A stretch of DNA of 64,000 bases, taken from NCBI GenBank assembly GCA_913020665.1, contig CAJVZI010000004.1, positions 855 to 64,854 on the forward strand, given 5' to 3'. Shown here one piece after another: positions 19,718 through 29,594 of this stretch. Source of the DNA: an uncultured bacterium (GTDB lineage Bacteria > Fidelibacterota > Marinisomatia > Marinisomatales > UBA1611). The notes beneath the pieces are model-generated. The model searched no databases. It was given only the letters and a program-made list of their open reading frames with translations, and was not told where the DNA came from. How positions within the stretch are numbered: position 1 is the stretch's first letter; each line of letters starts with the position of its first letter. Both the position numbers and the translations under genes were made by a program.

Positions 19718-21329
19718 TTTTCGTTTGTCTTATTTAATCATTGTTGTTCTGTGTAGTTATCTTTTTGGGATGTTCAATCCAATAATGGAAATTGATGCTA
19801 TGCAATACGCATCAATGAGTCGCGAATTATTGAGAGGTGAGAATTTTCTTCACTTATTTGATAATGGGAAAGCGTATTTGGATAAACCTCCAATGATCTT
19901 TTGGATGACAGCCTTATTTTTTAAGATTATTGGTGTGTCTGAATTTGTCTATAGGCTGCCGTCCATTATTTTCTCATTATTTGCAATTTATTCTACATTC
20001 CAACTCTCTTTACTTTTTTATTCTAAAAATGTAGCAAAAATTGCAGCACTTATCCTCGCCTCATGTGAAGCTTTTTTTATTATGAATGCTGATGTTCGAA
20101 CAGATATATACATGATTGCACCTATGGTGGCTGGTATATGGCAATTGTCAGCGTATTTTAAATACCAGCAAATTAAAAATCTTATCTTAGGATCAATTGC
20201 AATTTCATTTGCTATGATGGGTAAAGGACCAATTGGTTTGGTTATTCCAGTTATAGTGATTGGTGCAGATCTAATAATAAGAAACAATATTCATCAAATA
20301 TTTGATAGGAATCTTATTTTAGGATTGTTAGTTATTTTATCCTTTCTTTCTCCTATGTCCTACGGGCTTTTTACACAGTTTGGAGTATATGGTCTAGAAT
20401 TTTTCTACTGGAAACAAAGTTTTGGTCGCATAACAGGAGATAGTAACTGGAGTAATGATACTGGCCCTTTCTATTTATTAAATGTTTTTCTTTATGCATT
20501 CCTTCCATGGACATTCCTTTTTGTCTGGGCCTTTGTAGAACGCACAAGAAATATTATTAATGCCCTTAAAAGTAGCTCGCACTTAGAATCTATTTCTTAT
20601 TTTGGATTTCTAATACCATTGGTCATACTTTCATTATCTAATTATAAACTACCTCATTACATATATTGCGTTGTACCATTTGCATCGATTCTTACAGCAT
20701 CAAAAATTGATCAATGGCATGAAAAATATAAGTTGATATTTTTTGTACAGAATGTAGTCTCAATTCTGATGCTTGCATTGGTATATGGAATCATCATCTA
20801 CTCTTTTTCTATAAATGTTAACCTATTTATTTTACCTGTATTGACTATAATTGGTTTTACAATATTATTTTCAAATTCATCAAATGATGTAGACACTAGG
20901 CTATTCATACCAACAATTGCAGCAACGATACTGTTCAATTATGGACTAAATCTTTGCATCCTAAAACAGATATTAAACTATCAGGCGCCTGTGCAAGCTG
21001 CTAAATATATTTTAGAACAAGATCTGAATTATGATACTATCTATCTGTATAATGAAAATGAAAAGGCAAAAAGTAGATCTTTTAATTTTTATTTAGATAC
21101 AGATACAAAACATATTGATGATACATATTTTGATGGTTTTACCATACAAGATTCAATGTTGGTTTACACAGATGAAAAAGGGTACAATGAGTTATTAGAG
21201 CTCAGTAATAATGTTAATATATTAAAGACCTTTATGTCTACACGAGTTAGTAAAATAACCATAAACTTCTTAAACCCAAATACTCGCTTAAAAAGTCTAA
21301 AAAAGAAATATCTATTAAGATGTGCATAA
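19707..21329 (+). CDS. GT-C glycosyltransferase, family 39 (ArnT/PMT-like)
   Basis: 540 aa and polytopic. YLDKPPMIFW loop motif near the N-terminus. The TTG start in the track is uncertain. Confidence 0.7.
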   Translation: MIFNFRLSYLIIVVLCSYLFGMFNPIMEIDAMQYASMSRELLRGENFLHLFDNGKAYLDKPPMIFWMTALFFKIIGVSEFVYRLPSIIFSLFAIYSTFQLSLLFYSKNVAKIAALILASCEAFFIMNADVRTDIYMIAPMVAGIWQLSAYFKYQQIKNLILGSIAISFAMMGKGPIGLVIPVIVIGADLIIRNNIHQIFDRNLILGLLVILSFLSPMSYGLFTQFGVYGLEFFYWKQSFGRITGDSNWSNDTGPFYLLNVFLYAFLPWTFLFVWAFVERTRNIINALKSSSHLESISYFGFLIPLVILSLSNYKLPHYIYCVVPFASILTASKIDQWHEKYKLIFFVQNVVSILMLALVYGIIIYSFSINVNLFILPVLTIIGFTILFSNSSNDVDTRLFIPTIAATILFNYGLNLCILKQILNYQAPVQAAKYILEQDLNYDTIYLYNENEKAKSRSFNFYLDTDTKHIDDTYFDGFTIQDSMLVYTDEKGYNELLELSNNVNILKTFMSTRVSKITINFLNPNTRLKSLKKKYLLRCA

Positions 21330-21359
21330 TATAGATAATCATTTATAATCATTGCTCGT

Positions 21360-22151
21360 ATGAAAAAAAATAATCAAACCCTATCCCTGTCTGTTGTCAT
21401 CCCAGTATACAATGAAGAACAAACCATTAAAACTGTTATTCGTACTGTCTCAAATTCAAAAATTGTAAATGAAATTGTTATTGTAGATGATTGTTCAGTG
21501 GATAATAGTGTACCGATAATAAAGGATACAATCGATAAAATGTTGCAAGAAAAAACTCATCTAAATATCCTTTTTTCTCAAAATAAGAGAAATCTTGGTA
21601 AGGGAGCATCTCTGAGAGCAGGATTTAAATTAGCTACTTGTGATGTAATTGTTATCCAAGATGCAGATCTAGAATATGACCCTGGTGAATATGAACGCTT
21701 GATACAGCCTATTATTGATGGGAATGCAGATGTGGTCTATGGAAGCCGTTTTATTGGTGGTACACATCGCGTGCTATACTTTTGGCATTACATGGGCAAT
21801 AAAATGCTCACTCTAATGTCTAATATGTTTTCAAATCTAAACCTAACAGATATGGAGACATGCTATAAAATGTTCAGGAGAGAGATACTAGATAAATTTG
21901 ATTTGAGATCCAATAGATTTGGATTTGAGCCAGAGTTTACAGCAAAAATAGCGAAGGCTAAACTACGCATTTATGAATTGCCAATTTCATACTATGGGCG
22001 TACATATGGAGATGGTAAAAAAATAACATGGAAAGATGGAATAGCCGCTATATTTCATATAATAAGGTTTAATCTGACAATTAGATCAATGATATATATG
22101 TTATCAATTATTTTAATATTCGCATATATAATATTTATCGCCTATAGTTGA
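21360..22151 (+). CDS. GT2 polyprenyl-phosphate sugar synthase-like glycosyltransferase (DPM1/ArnC-like) with C-terminal TM helix
   Basis: 263 aa. LSVVIPVYNEE, VDDCSVDNS and QDADLEYDP (DxD). Hydrophobic tail MIYMLSIILIFAYIIFIAY. Confidence 0.8.
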   Translation: MKKNNQTLSLSVVIPVYNEEQTIKTVIRTVSNSKIVNEIVIVDDCSVDNSVPIIKDTIDKMLQEKTHLNILFSQNKRNLGKGASLRAGFKLATCDVIVIQDADLEYDPGEYERLIQPIIDGNADVVYGSRFIGGTHRVLYFWHYMGNKMLTLMSNMFSNLNLTDMETCYKMFRREILDKFDLRSNRFGFEPEFTAKIAKAKLRIYELPISYYGRTYGDGKKITWKDGIAAIFHIIRFNLTIRSMIYMLSIILIFAYIIFIAYS

Positions 22152-22158
22152 TTCTATT

Positions 22159-23289
22159 TTAAAAAATTAGTTCTGGTATTATTCTATCTGAATAAAGCAT
22201 TCCTTTCTGAGTCAAAGAAATAATGTCGCTAGCACTCTGAAAACAATCTGGATACTTCTTGCTAACAAGTACAATCTTTTTTTGAAATTCTTTTTGATGA
22301 TCAACTGGTATCATATTGATATCAACCCCTTTTCTCATTCTTAATCCAAAACCGATCAGTTCATTTAGATGGTCAAATAATTCTATCCTTTCAATTTTTG
22401 ATATCGGTGATTTTTCAGTTCTAATACGTTCTATATATTGATCGAGGGATCGAGCATTATTCCAACGATGAATACCATCAAACCCATGTGCAGAAGGACC
22501 AAAAGCAAGATATGGGTCAATGTCCCAATAATGAAGATTATGCCTACATTCAAAGCCTGCCTTTGAAAAGTTAGATATCTCATATGGTTGATAACCATTG
22601 TATGATAAAATATCATGTGTTTTTATAAACCATTCACCTCCTTGACGATCACTGGGCATTGATATTTTATTATTATAGACCATTGAAAAAAGGTCAGTTC
22701 CTTTTTCTACAGTTAGGGCGTAGGCTGAAATATGCTCAGGCTCCATTTTAATGATAGTGCTTAGATCCTGCTCCCACATATTTAATGTTTGATTTGGAAT
22801 AGAATATATTAAATCACAGTTAATATTATTAAAACCTGATGCTCGAGCATTATTATATGTTTCAAATACTTGTTCTTTACTATGTATCCTGGTAAGAAAC
22901 TTTAATAGCTGCGGTTGTAAAGATTGGACACCAATCGATAGTCGGTTAATACCCATGCTTTTAAGGTCTTTTAAACGGTCTTTTGGCGCTTCTCCCGGGT
23001 TAGCTTCTATTGTGAATTCTTTCACATTTGAAAGGTCATAGCTTTTATTTAAACATGATAGAATTCTATCAATGTGGTTTGCTTTTAATAGACTTGGTGT
23101 CCCACCACCTATAAATATCGTATCAAATTTCCAATCGGATACATCTGTTGTACAATTTTTGATTTCCCAACACATTGCCTCTACAAATTGTGGAATTGCA
23201 TCTTCACGATCAGTGATGGAGTAAAAATCACAATACATACATTTAACGGCGCAAAAAGGAATGTGTATATATATTCCAGCGTACTTCAT
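22159..23289 (-). CDS. hemW: Radical SAM heme chaperone HemW (HemN-like, oxygen-independent coproporphyrinogen oxidase family)
   Basis: 376 aa with the IHIPFCAVKCMYCDF (CxxxCxxC) and GGGTPS motifs. Confidence 0.85.
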   Translation of the reverse strand: MKYAGIYIHIPFCAVKCMYCDFYSITDREDAIPQFVEAMCWEIKNCTTDVSDWKFDTIFIGGGTPSLLKANHIDRILSCLNKSYDLSNVKEFTIEANPGEAPKDRLKDLKSMGINRLSIGVQSLQPQLLKFLTRIHSKEQVFETYNNARASGFNNINCDLIYSIPNQTLNMWEQDLSTIIKMEPEHISAYALTVEKGTDLFSMVYNNKISMPSDRQGGEWFIKTHDILSYNGYQPYEISNFSKAGFECRHNLHYWDIDPYLAFGPSAHGFDGIHRWNNARSLDQYIERIRTEKSPISKIERIELFDHLNELIGFGLRMRKGVDINMIPVDHQKEFQKKIVLVSKKYPDCFQSASDIISLTQKGMLYSDRIIPELIF

Positions 23290-23373
23290 TAATAAATTTA
23301 CTTTTTATTAAATCGCTATTTTTAAATAATCTTTTTTATATGATTTTTTATAATCATGGCTGAAATTTAACTT

Positions 23374-23793
23374 ATGAGCATAAGGATATCGCGTGTCGCC
23401 TCTAATAAGGAGTATGAGGCCTGTCTTTCTATAAGGAGAAAGGTCTTTATAGAAGAACAGGGTATATCTGAGTCCATTGAGATGGATGATGATAGGATTG
23501 ATGCAACTAACTTTATAGCTTTACTTGATGACCATTTTGCAGGTACTGCACGTTATCAAAATACCAGTCATGGAATAAAGTTAGAAAGGTTTGCGGTGCT
23601 TCGATCCTATAGGAACCTTGGAATTGGAAAAGCATTAGTTAAATTTATGCTTGATACTATTCATGGTGATGAAGAAATATACCTTCATGCACAAGAAGCA
23701 GTAGTAAAATTTTATCTCCCACTAGGATTTAAAAAGATTGGAGAACGATTTTTTGAGGCTGGTATTCCTCATTGGAAGATGGTAAAAAAATGA
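23374..23793 (+). CDS. GNAT-family N-acetyltransferase
   Basis: 139 aa with an acetyl-CoA motif RSYRNLGIGKALV. Confidence 0.75.
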   Translation: MSIRISRVASNKEYEACLSIRRKVFIEEQGISESIEMDDDRIDATNFIALLDDHFAGTARYQNTSHGIKLERFAVLRSYRNLGIGKALVKFMLDTIHGDEEIYLHAQEAVVKFYLPLGFKKIGERFFEAGIPHWKMVKK

Positions 23794-25622
23794 AAAAACA
23801 AAAAGTTAATATCAAAAGAATAACTGAATTCATTAAACCAGAATGGTTCTTTATGACCATTTCAATAATCAATGGACTCTTTTATGTTATTTTCAATGCT
23901 ATCTCAATATGGTTAACAGCATCGCTAGTAAATAATGTATTGATCGACTTTGATAAGCTAGTCCAAAATCAAAAACAATTATTGGCAAATACGTCTCCTA
24001 CCATTAATGAAAAGATCAAGATATTGGTAAACGAATTTATTTTGCGTGATACAAACATCGAGACCCTAAGAGTACTTTGTTTTTCAATCGTATTGATCTT
24101 TATACTAAAGAATATATTCCTTTATCTTAAGAACTTGTCAATGTCATTTGTTCAATTAAGGATCGTAACACAATTAAGAAATCGTATTTACGCACATTTG
24201 CAATCACTTTCACTTTCATTTTTTTATAAAAGAAAATCTGGCGATCTATCTTCGATCATAATACATGATGTTAGCATGCTGAACCAATCGATTGGTACGA
24301 CCTTTCAAAAGATCATAGTAGAACCAATAAATATTTTAGCGTTTACTACCTTGTTATTCATTATCAGTTGGAAGTTAATGTTGGTTGCTTTATTAATTAT
24401 TCCATTATCTCAGCTCGTTATTCAATACATTGGGAAGAGCATAAGGCGTAAAGCTAGACGAAATACAAAACAGATAGGCGGTATATTGAGCATAATAACT
24501 GAAAATCTTACCTCTACCAGAATTGTAAAAGCATTTGCAATGGAAGCCCATGAGATAGATCGGTTTAATAATGAATCTTGGAAATATTTTGGATTATTAT
24601 TTCGTTCTGCAAAATTACGTTTAACCTCCTCACCTATTATAGAAACTATCGGTGTATCTATGGCTGTTTTACTATTGTGGCTTGGAGGATCTGAAGTGAT
24701 CATTGGTTCAGCACTTTCATCTGAAGATTTTTTAAGATTTATGTTTTTATTATTCTCTATGTTAGGTCCGATCCGTTCATTGAGCAATGTCCATATTACG
24801 CTTCAGAATGGATATGCATCAGCCGAGCGCATTTTTGACATACTAGATGAAAAAACTGATGTCACCGATTCAGGTGATTATGAGATCGAGCATTTAAATG
24901 AAGGTTTAAAATTTGATAACGTAAGTTTTAATTATGGTGAAGGTTCATTCAAATTATCCAAAATAAGTTTTGAAATACCGAAGGGGAAAACAGTTGCTTT
25001 AGTAGGTGCAAGTGGATCTGGTAAATCTACTATAGCTGATCTAATTCCTCGATTTTTTGATATATTAGATGGTTCCATCTACGTAGATGGTAAAAATATT
25101 AAAGAATATAAACTTAGATCATTAAGGAGAATGATGGGTATTGTTACCCAAGAGACCATTCTTCTAAATACATCTATTCAAGATAATATTACTTATGGTA
25201 GCGATCTAGATGAAAAAAAGTTGATCGAAGCAGCGCAAGGAGCAAATGCTCTTGAATTTATACACACCCTAGAGGATAAATATGAGACATTAGTTGGGGA
25301 AAGAGGGGTTAAACTATCAGGTGGACAACAGCAGCGAATTGCAATTGCTAGAGCAATTTATAAGAATCCATCGCTACTGCTTTTAGATGAGGCTACTTCA
25401 GCTCTAGATACTAAGTCTGAAAGATTGGTTCAGAGTGCTCTGGATAATTTGATGGAAAATAGAACAGTACTAGTAATAGCACACAGGCTATCTACCGTCA
25501 AGAATGCAGATACTATTATCGTATTGGATAATGGTGAAATAGTTGAATCAGGTACACACGAAGAACTTTATAATTTAAATGGTATCTATTATAACCTTTA
25601 TAATATTCAATTTGATAGCTGA
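23790..25622 (+). CDS. ABC exporter, fused TMD-NBD (MsbA/lipid flippase-like)
   Basis: Walker A GASGSGKST, signature LSGGQQQR, Walker B LLLLDEATSALD. The ATG at 23790 overlaps the GNAT stop (ATGA). The track ORF opens earlier at a TTG at 23772. Confidence 0.85.
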   Translation: MKKQKVNIKRITEFIKPEWFFMTISIINGLFYVIFNAISIWLTASLVNNVLIDFDKLVQNQKQLLANTSPTINEKIKILVNEFILRDTNIETLRVLCFSIVLIFILKNIFLYLKNLSMSFVQLRIVTQLRNRIYAHLQSLSLSFFYKRKSGDLSSIIIHDVSMLNQSIGTTFQKIIVEPINILAFTTLLFIISWKLMLVALLIIPLSQLVIQYIGKSIRRKARRNTKQIGGILSIITENLTSTRIVKAFAMEAHEIDRFNNESWKYFGLLFRSAKLRLTSSPIIETIGVSMAVLLLWLGGSEVIIGSALSSEDFLRFMFLLFSMLGPIRSLSNVHITLQNGYASAERIFDILDEKTDVTDSGDYEIEHLNEGLKFDNVSFNYGEGSFKLSKISFEIPKGKTVALVGASGSGKSTIADLIPRFFDILDGSIYVDGKNIKEYKLRSLRRMMGIVTQETILLNTSIQDNITYGSDLDEKKLIEAAQGANALEFIHTLEDKYETLVGERGVKLSGGQQQRIAIARAIYKNPSLLLLDEATSALDTKSERLVQSALDNLMENRTVLVIAHRLSTVKNADTIIVLDNGEIVESGTHEELYNLNGIYYNLYNIQFDS

Positions 25623-25656
25623 TCATTAATTAATTCTACTAGCTTATTATCAAAAA

Positions 25657-26784
25657 ATGGGTAAGAAATATTCAATACTTTTCGACAGTTATCACTTATA
25701 TCATCTCCCTCAATTTGAGCCACTAATTGATCTATTAGAAAATGACGGTAGGTTTGAAATCTATCATTCAACATCAAGAGAAATTAAAAAAGAGGAATAT
25801 GAGCTTACTAAATCAGTTTTAATAAATAAGCCTGGGAAATTTATCTCTGGAGCAACAGAGAATGAGCGCCAAGGAAAGATAAAGGACCTAGATCTTGATG
25901 TATTTATTTGTGGGTGGTCTCGTTATGATATACAAAATTTTGTTAAACAAAAAACACTAGTAGGAATGATATACCATGGGATAGGTATTAAACCTTCTTA
26001 CTGGCGAGACAACCACGAACGGCTAGATATAAGATTTGTAGAAGGACCTTATAGGATAGATCAGCTTAGAGAAAAAGGTATTAAAACAGATCTTGCACTG
26101 ACTGGCTTTATAAAATTAGATGGATTATTTAAGGAAGATGTAATAGATGTTAGTTCTTTAAAAAAGAGATTTAGTATTGATGATAATAAAAAGACCATAC
26201 TGTTTGCTCCTACTTTCTATCCAAGCTCAGCGGAGCCTATAGGGCTTAGATTAGGTGAGTATACTAGGGATTATAACTTATTGATCAAACCGCATCTATG
26301 GACAACTTTCAAAAACAAGTTTGCTGATGTTGATCATAGTGTACAAAGAAAATTATTCTCCGATCTTATAAACAAATATGATCATATCCATCTTATCCCT
26401 CCTGAATTCTATAATATTACTCCATTTTATATGATTTCAGATCTTCTCTTGACCGAGGCAAGTAGTACAATATATGAGATGTTAGCATTAGAAAAGCCGG
26501 TAATAGTTAATAGGTTTTTTAAATTAAGACTATCTCATCGTATTTTTAAATGGAGGCTATATAAGAGAAGATTGAATCAAGAAATGGAGAGGGATATATC
26601 AGACTTTTGTTTTGAAGCAAATAACCCAGATGATCTGCCAAAAATAATTGAATATGCCATGAATAATAAAAAAATAAAATTAAAGCAAATGCATCAATAC
26701 AAAGAAAAGATGCTTTTTAAACTTGATGGAAATGCTGCAGTTAGAGCTAGGGATGAGATTCTTTCAAGACTTAAAGAAAATTAA
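25657..26784 (+). CDS. TagF-like CDP-alcohol phosphotransferase (CDP-glycerol glycerophosphotransferase family), copy 1
   Basis: 375 aa. KKTILFAPTFYPSS, LLIKPHLWT and ISDLLLTEASSTIYEMLALEKPVIV match the Glyphos_transf pattern as I recall it. Confidence 0.6.
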   Translation: MGKKYSILFDSYHLYHLPQFEPLIDLLENDGRFEIYHSTSREIKKEEYELTKSVLINKPGKFISGATENERQGKIKDLDLDVFICGWSRYDIQNFVKQKTLVGMIYHGIGIKPSYWRDNHERLDIRFVEGPYRIDQLREKGIKTDLALTGFIKLDGLFKEDVIDVSSLKKRFSIDDNKKTILFAPTFYPSSAEPIGLRLGEYTRDYNLLIKPHLWTTFKNKFADVDHSVQRKLFSDLINKYDHIHLIPPEFYNITPFYMISDLLLTEASSTIYEMLALEKPVIVNRFFKLRLSHRIFKWRLYKRRLNQEMERDISDFCFEANNPDDLPKIIEYAMNNKKIKLKQMHQYKEKMLFKLDGNAAVRARDEILSRLKEN

Positions 26785-26787
26785 ATT

Positions 26788-27867
26788 TTGAAAAAAGTAC
26801 TTTTCGAAACTCATCATTTATACTATTGGCCAAATTTTTTGCCAATTCTACAAGAATTAAAAAAACGCCAAAATTATATAATACATGTTTCTATGCCGCG
26901 GCGTTTATCTCTAATCCAGCAACATATTTTAGAAGAATTATGTAAAGAAAATGACATCTCATTTATTTCATCTGCAAATGAACAAGGTCGCATTAAGAAG
27001 ATTTTAAAAGAAGCTTATGATATAATAATTGTTGGGAATGTGGGCCAATTGAATAAGATAATATTACCTGAAACGATCGCAGTTATGGTTTACCACGGAA
27101 TTGGCCTGAAGCAATCTTATTATACTGATATTGATGACCGTATAAATTTAAGAGCAGTAGAATCTTTAGATAGAATGAATGAGCTAAAAGGTCACGGACA
27201 TAAAAATTTAGTTTTAACAGGGTTTACTAAATTGGATCGGTTACATCATTTTGCTAATGAGAGCATAAATCTCATAAAGAATGACTTGGAATTAAACCTT
27301 AATAAGAAAACCATATTATATGCTCCTAGTTTTTACCCTACGTCAATTGAAAAGATCAGCCCCTATTTAAGCGACCTTTCTCAAGACCATAATATTATAA
27401 TAAAGCTTCATGCATTTAGTTGGGAACAAAAAAAATACCACTATCAAAATATTTTATTTATTGAGTTATCTAAGGTATGTAAAAATATTCATTTATTGCC
27501 TAATGAAGTATTTGATATAATCCCTTATTATATGATTTCAGATATATTGATCACGGATATTTCATCAACTATGTTTGAATACTTGCCTTTAGATAGACCA
27601 ATTATTCAAGCAGAATGTTTCTCATTAAAATTGAAACATAGAATATTCAGTCAACGTTTTTGGAGGAAAATGGATATAATAAGACAAGAAAATATCGATT
27701 TTACTTATAAAATATTTGATCCAGATAATCTAATGAGTAGAGTATACTATGCTTTAGATAACATAGATGAAATGTCAGAAAATAGAAAAAAAGCCTGTCA
27801 GCATTACTTGTATAATAATGATGGGAGAGCCTCATTTAGGCTTGTAGAAGCAATAGAAAAATATTGA
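26788..27867 (+). CDS. TagF-like CDP-alcohol phosphotransferase, copy 2 (paralog of 25657..26784)
   Basis: 359 aa, collinear with copy 1 (YHGIGLK, KKTILYAPSFYPTS, IIIKLHAFS, ISDILITDISSTMFEYLPLDRPII). TTG start. Confidence 0.6.
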   Translation: MKKVLFETHHLYYWPNFLPILQELKKRQNYIIHVSMPRRLSLIQQHILEELCKENDISFISSANEQGRIKKILKEAYDIIIVGNVGQLNKIILPETIAVMVYHGIGLKQSYYTDIDDRINLRAVESLDRMNELKGHGHKNLVLTGFTKLDRLHHFANESINLIKNDLELNLNKKTILYAPSFYPTSIEKISPYLSDLSQDHNIIIKLHAFSWEQKKYHYQNILFIELSKVCKNIHLLPNEVFDIIPYYMISDILITDISSTMFEYLPLDRPIIQAECFSLKLKHRIFSQRFWRKMDIIRQENIDFTYKIFDPDNLMSRVYYALDNIDEMSENRKKACQHYLYNNDGRASFRLVEAIEKY

Positions 27868-27868
27868 G

Positions 27869-28858
27869 ATGAGAATAGGAATATACAGCCCTAATTGGAT
27901 AGGGGATGCTGTCATGGCGCTTCCATTCATTGAACAATTAAGAATAAAGTATCAGCAAGCAGAGATTATTATTTTTTGCAAGAAATGGGTATCCGCTATC
28001 TATGAGAATCACTCAGCAATTGACAGAGTGATTTCAGTTAGTGATCAAGAACTAAGAGGACCAATTAGCACAATTAGAGCCGGATTAGAATTAAGGGCTG
28101 AAAAGCTCGATGTCTTCTATACACTGACAGATTCAATTAGAAGTGCCTTCATCATGTGGCTCTCAGGTTCGAACAGACGCTATGGATATCGTTCGCAGAT
28201 GAGATCAATATTTTTAACAGATGTATTTTACTCATTACAATCCAATATACACCGCTCTAATAAATATTTGAATATGTTGGGAGGAGAAAAGCCAGACAAG
28301 GTCCTACCTAAAATACACTTATCCAAAAAAGAGGTATTATGGGCACGAAAAAAAATAGTTGACCTAGGTCTTGATAATCCAATTGCACTCTTACCTTTTA
28401 GTGTGGCTAGATCTAGGACAGTCCCAAATTTTTTAATAAAAGATTGGATAAACAATTCAAAAAGAGATTACCTGCTAATTGGATCAGGTAGGGATATTGA
28501 TAATGCGAAGGAATTGATTTCCATTTGTACAAATAATTCAATTCGATCTGTTTGCGGTAAATATTCAATTCGTAAATCGATCGCACTTATCTCCCAGTGT
28601 GACCATGCTCTTGCAGCAGATAGTGGTTTAGGTCATATTGCCGCATCGTTAGATATTCCAACTATTTCATTTTTTGGTGCTGGAATGAGTGCAATGACAG
28701 GACCAATTGGATTAAATACAGCAGTTATTGATAAAAATGTAGAATGTAGTCCCTGCAGAAAAAATGATTGTACAAATATTGAAGACCACTTGCTATGTTT
28801 AAAAAATATTTCAAGATCTGATATTGAAAATGCTGTGAATAGTTTCACAAATCAGTAA
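27869..28858 (+). CDS. GT9 glycosyltransferase (LPS heptosyltransferase family)
   Basis: 329 aa. MRIGIYSPNWIGDAVMALPF and the C-terminal DSGLGHIAASLDIPTISFFG are typical of WaaC/WaaF-type enzymes. Confidence 0.75.
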   Translation: MRIGIYSPNWIGDAVMALPFIEQLRIKYQQAEIIIFCKKWVSAIYENHSAIDRVISVSDQELRGPISTIRAGLELRAEKLDVFYTLTDSIRSAFIMWLSGSNRRYGYRSQMRSIFLTDVFYSLQSNIHRSNKYLNMLGGEKPDKVLPKIHLSKKEVLWARKKIVDLGLDNPIALLPFSVARSRTVPNFLIKDWINNSKRDYLLIGSGRDIDNAKELISICTNNSIRSVCGKYSIRKSIALISQCDHALAADSGLGHIAASLDIPTISFFGAGMSAMTGPIGLNTAVIDKNVECSPCRKNDCTNIEDHLLCLKNISRSDIENAVNSFTNQ

Positions 28859-28870
28859 TTTTATTTTATC

Positions 28871-29590
28871 ATGAAAGCATTTATTCTAGCTGCTGGAGTA
28901 TCAAGGAGGCTGTATCCACATACCTATGATATTCCTAAATGCCTTTTAAAAGTAAATGGCAAACCAATAATACATTATCAGTTAGAGGCCTTAGAAGAAC
29001 TTGGTGTCCATGATATTACAATGGTTGTAGGATACCATCGTGAAATGTTAATGATGAACGTTAAAAAATATTTTCCACGCCTAAATTTCAACTTTGTTGT
29101 AAATAATCATTATTTTGAGACCAATACAGCATATTCCGTTCATGTAGCGAGCGAGAGCCTTGATTCGTTAACTCTATTAATGAATGCCGATGTAATATAT
29201 CCCAAGGAACTTTTAAAAAAACTATATAGTTCAGATTATGGAACGGTTTTAGCTGTTGAAATAAAAACATGCGGCAAAGAAGAGGTCAAAGTAATAGATG
29301 GTGGGCAAAATAAAATAGTGGCAATAGGGAAAGATCTTATTGAGGAGCAGTGCCTTGGTGAGTTTATAGGTGTAGCAAAATTATCCACAGATTTTATTGA
29401 CCTTTTTACTAAGTCAATTAGCGTCTTGATAGAAGCAGGTGGTAAAAATGATTACTTTGAAGCAGGCATTCAACCATTACTAGAAAAGATAGATGTCCAT
29501 TACATAGATATTTCAGAATATCCTTGTCTCGAGATCGATTTTATTGAAGATCTAGAATCCGCACGAGAATTATTCAAAGATAAAAGATAA
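28871..29590 (+). CDS. LicC-like nucleotidyltransferase (CTP:phospho-alcohol cytidylyltransferase family)
   Basis: 239 aa. MKAFILAAGVSRRL..PKCLLKVNGKPII and overall collinearity with LicC, as recalled. Confidence 0.6.
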   Translation: MKAFILAAGVSRRLYPHTYDIPKCLLKVNGKPIIHYQLEALEELGVHDITMVVGYHREMLMMNVKKYFPRLNFNFVVNNHYFETNTAYSVHVASESLDSLTLLMNADVIYPKELLKKLYSSDYGTVLAVEIKTCGKEEVKVIDGGQNKIVAIGKDLIEEQCLGEFIGVAKLSTDFIDLFTKSISVLIEAGGKNDYFEAGIQPLLEKIDVHYIDISEYPCLEIDFIEDLESARELFKDKR

Positions 29591-29594
29591 GATT

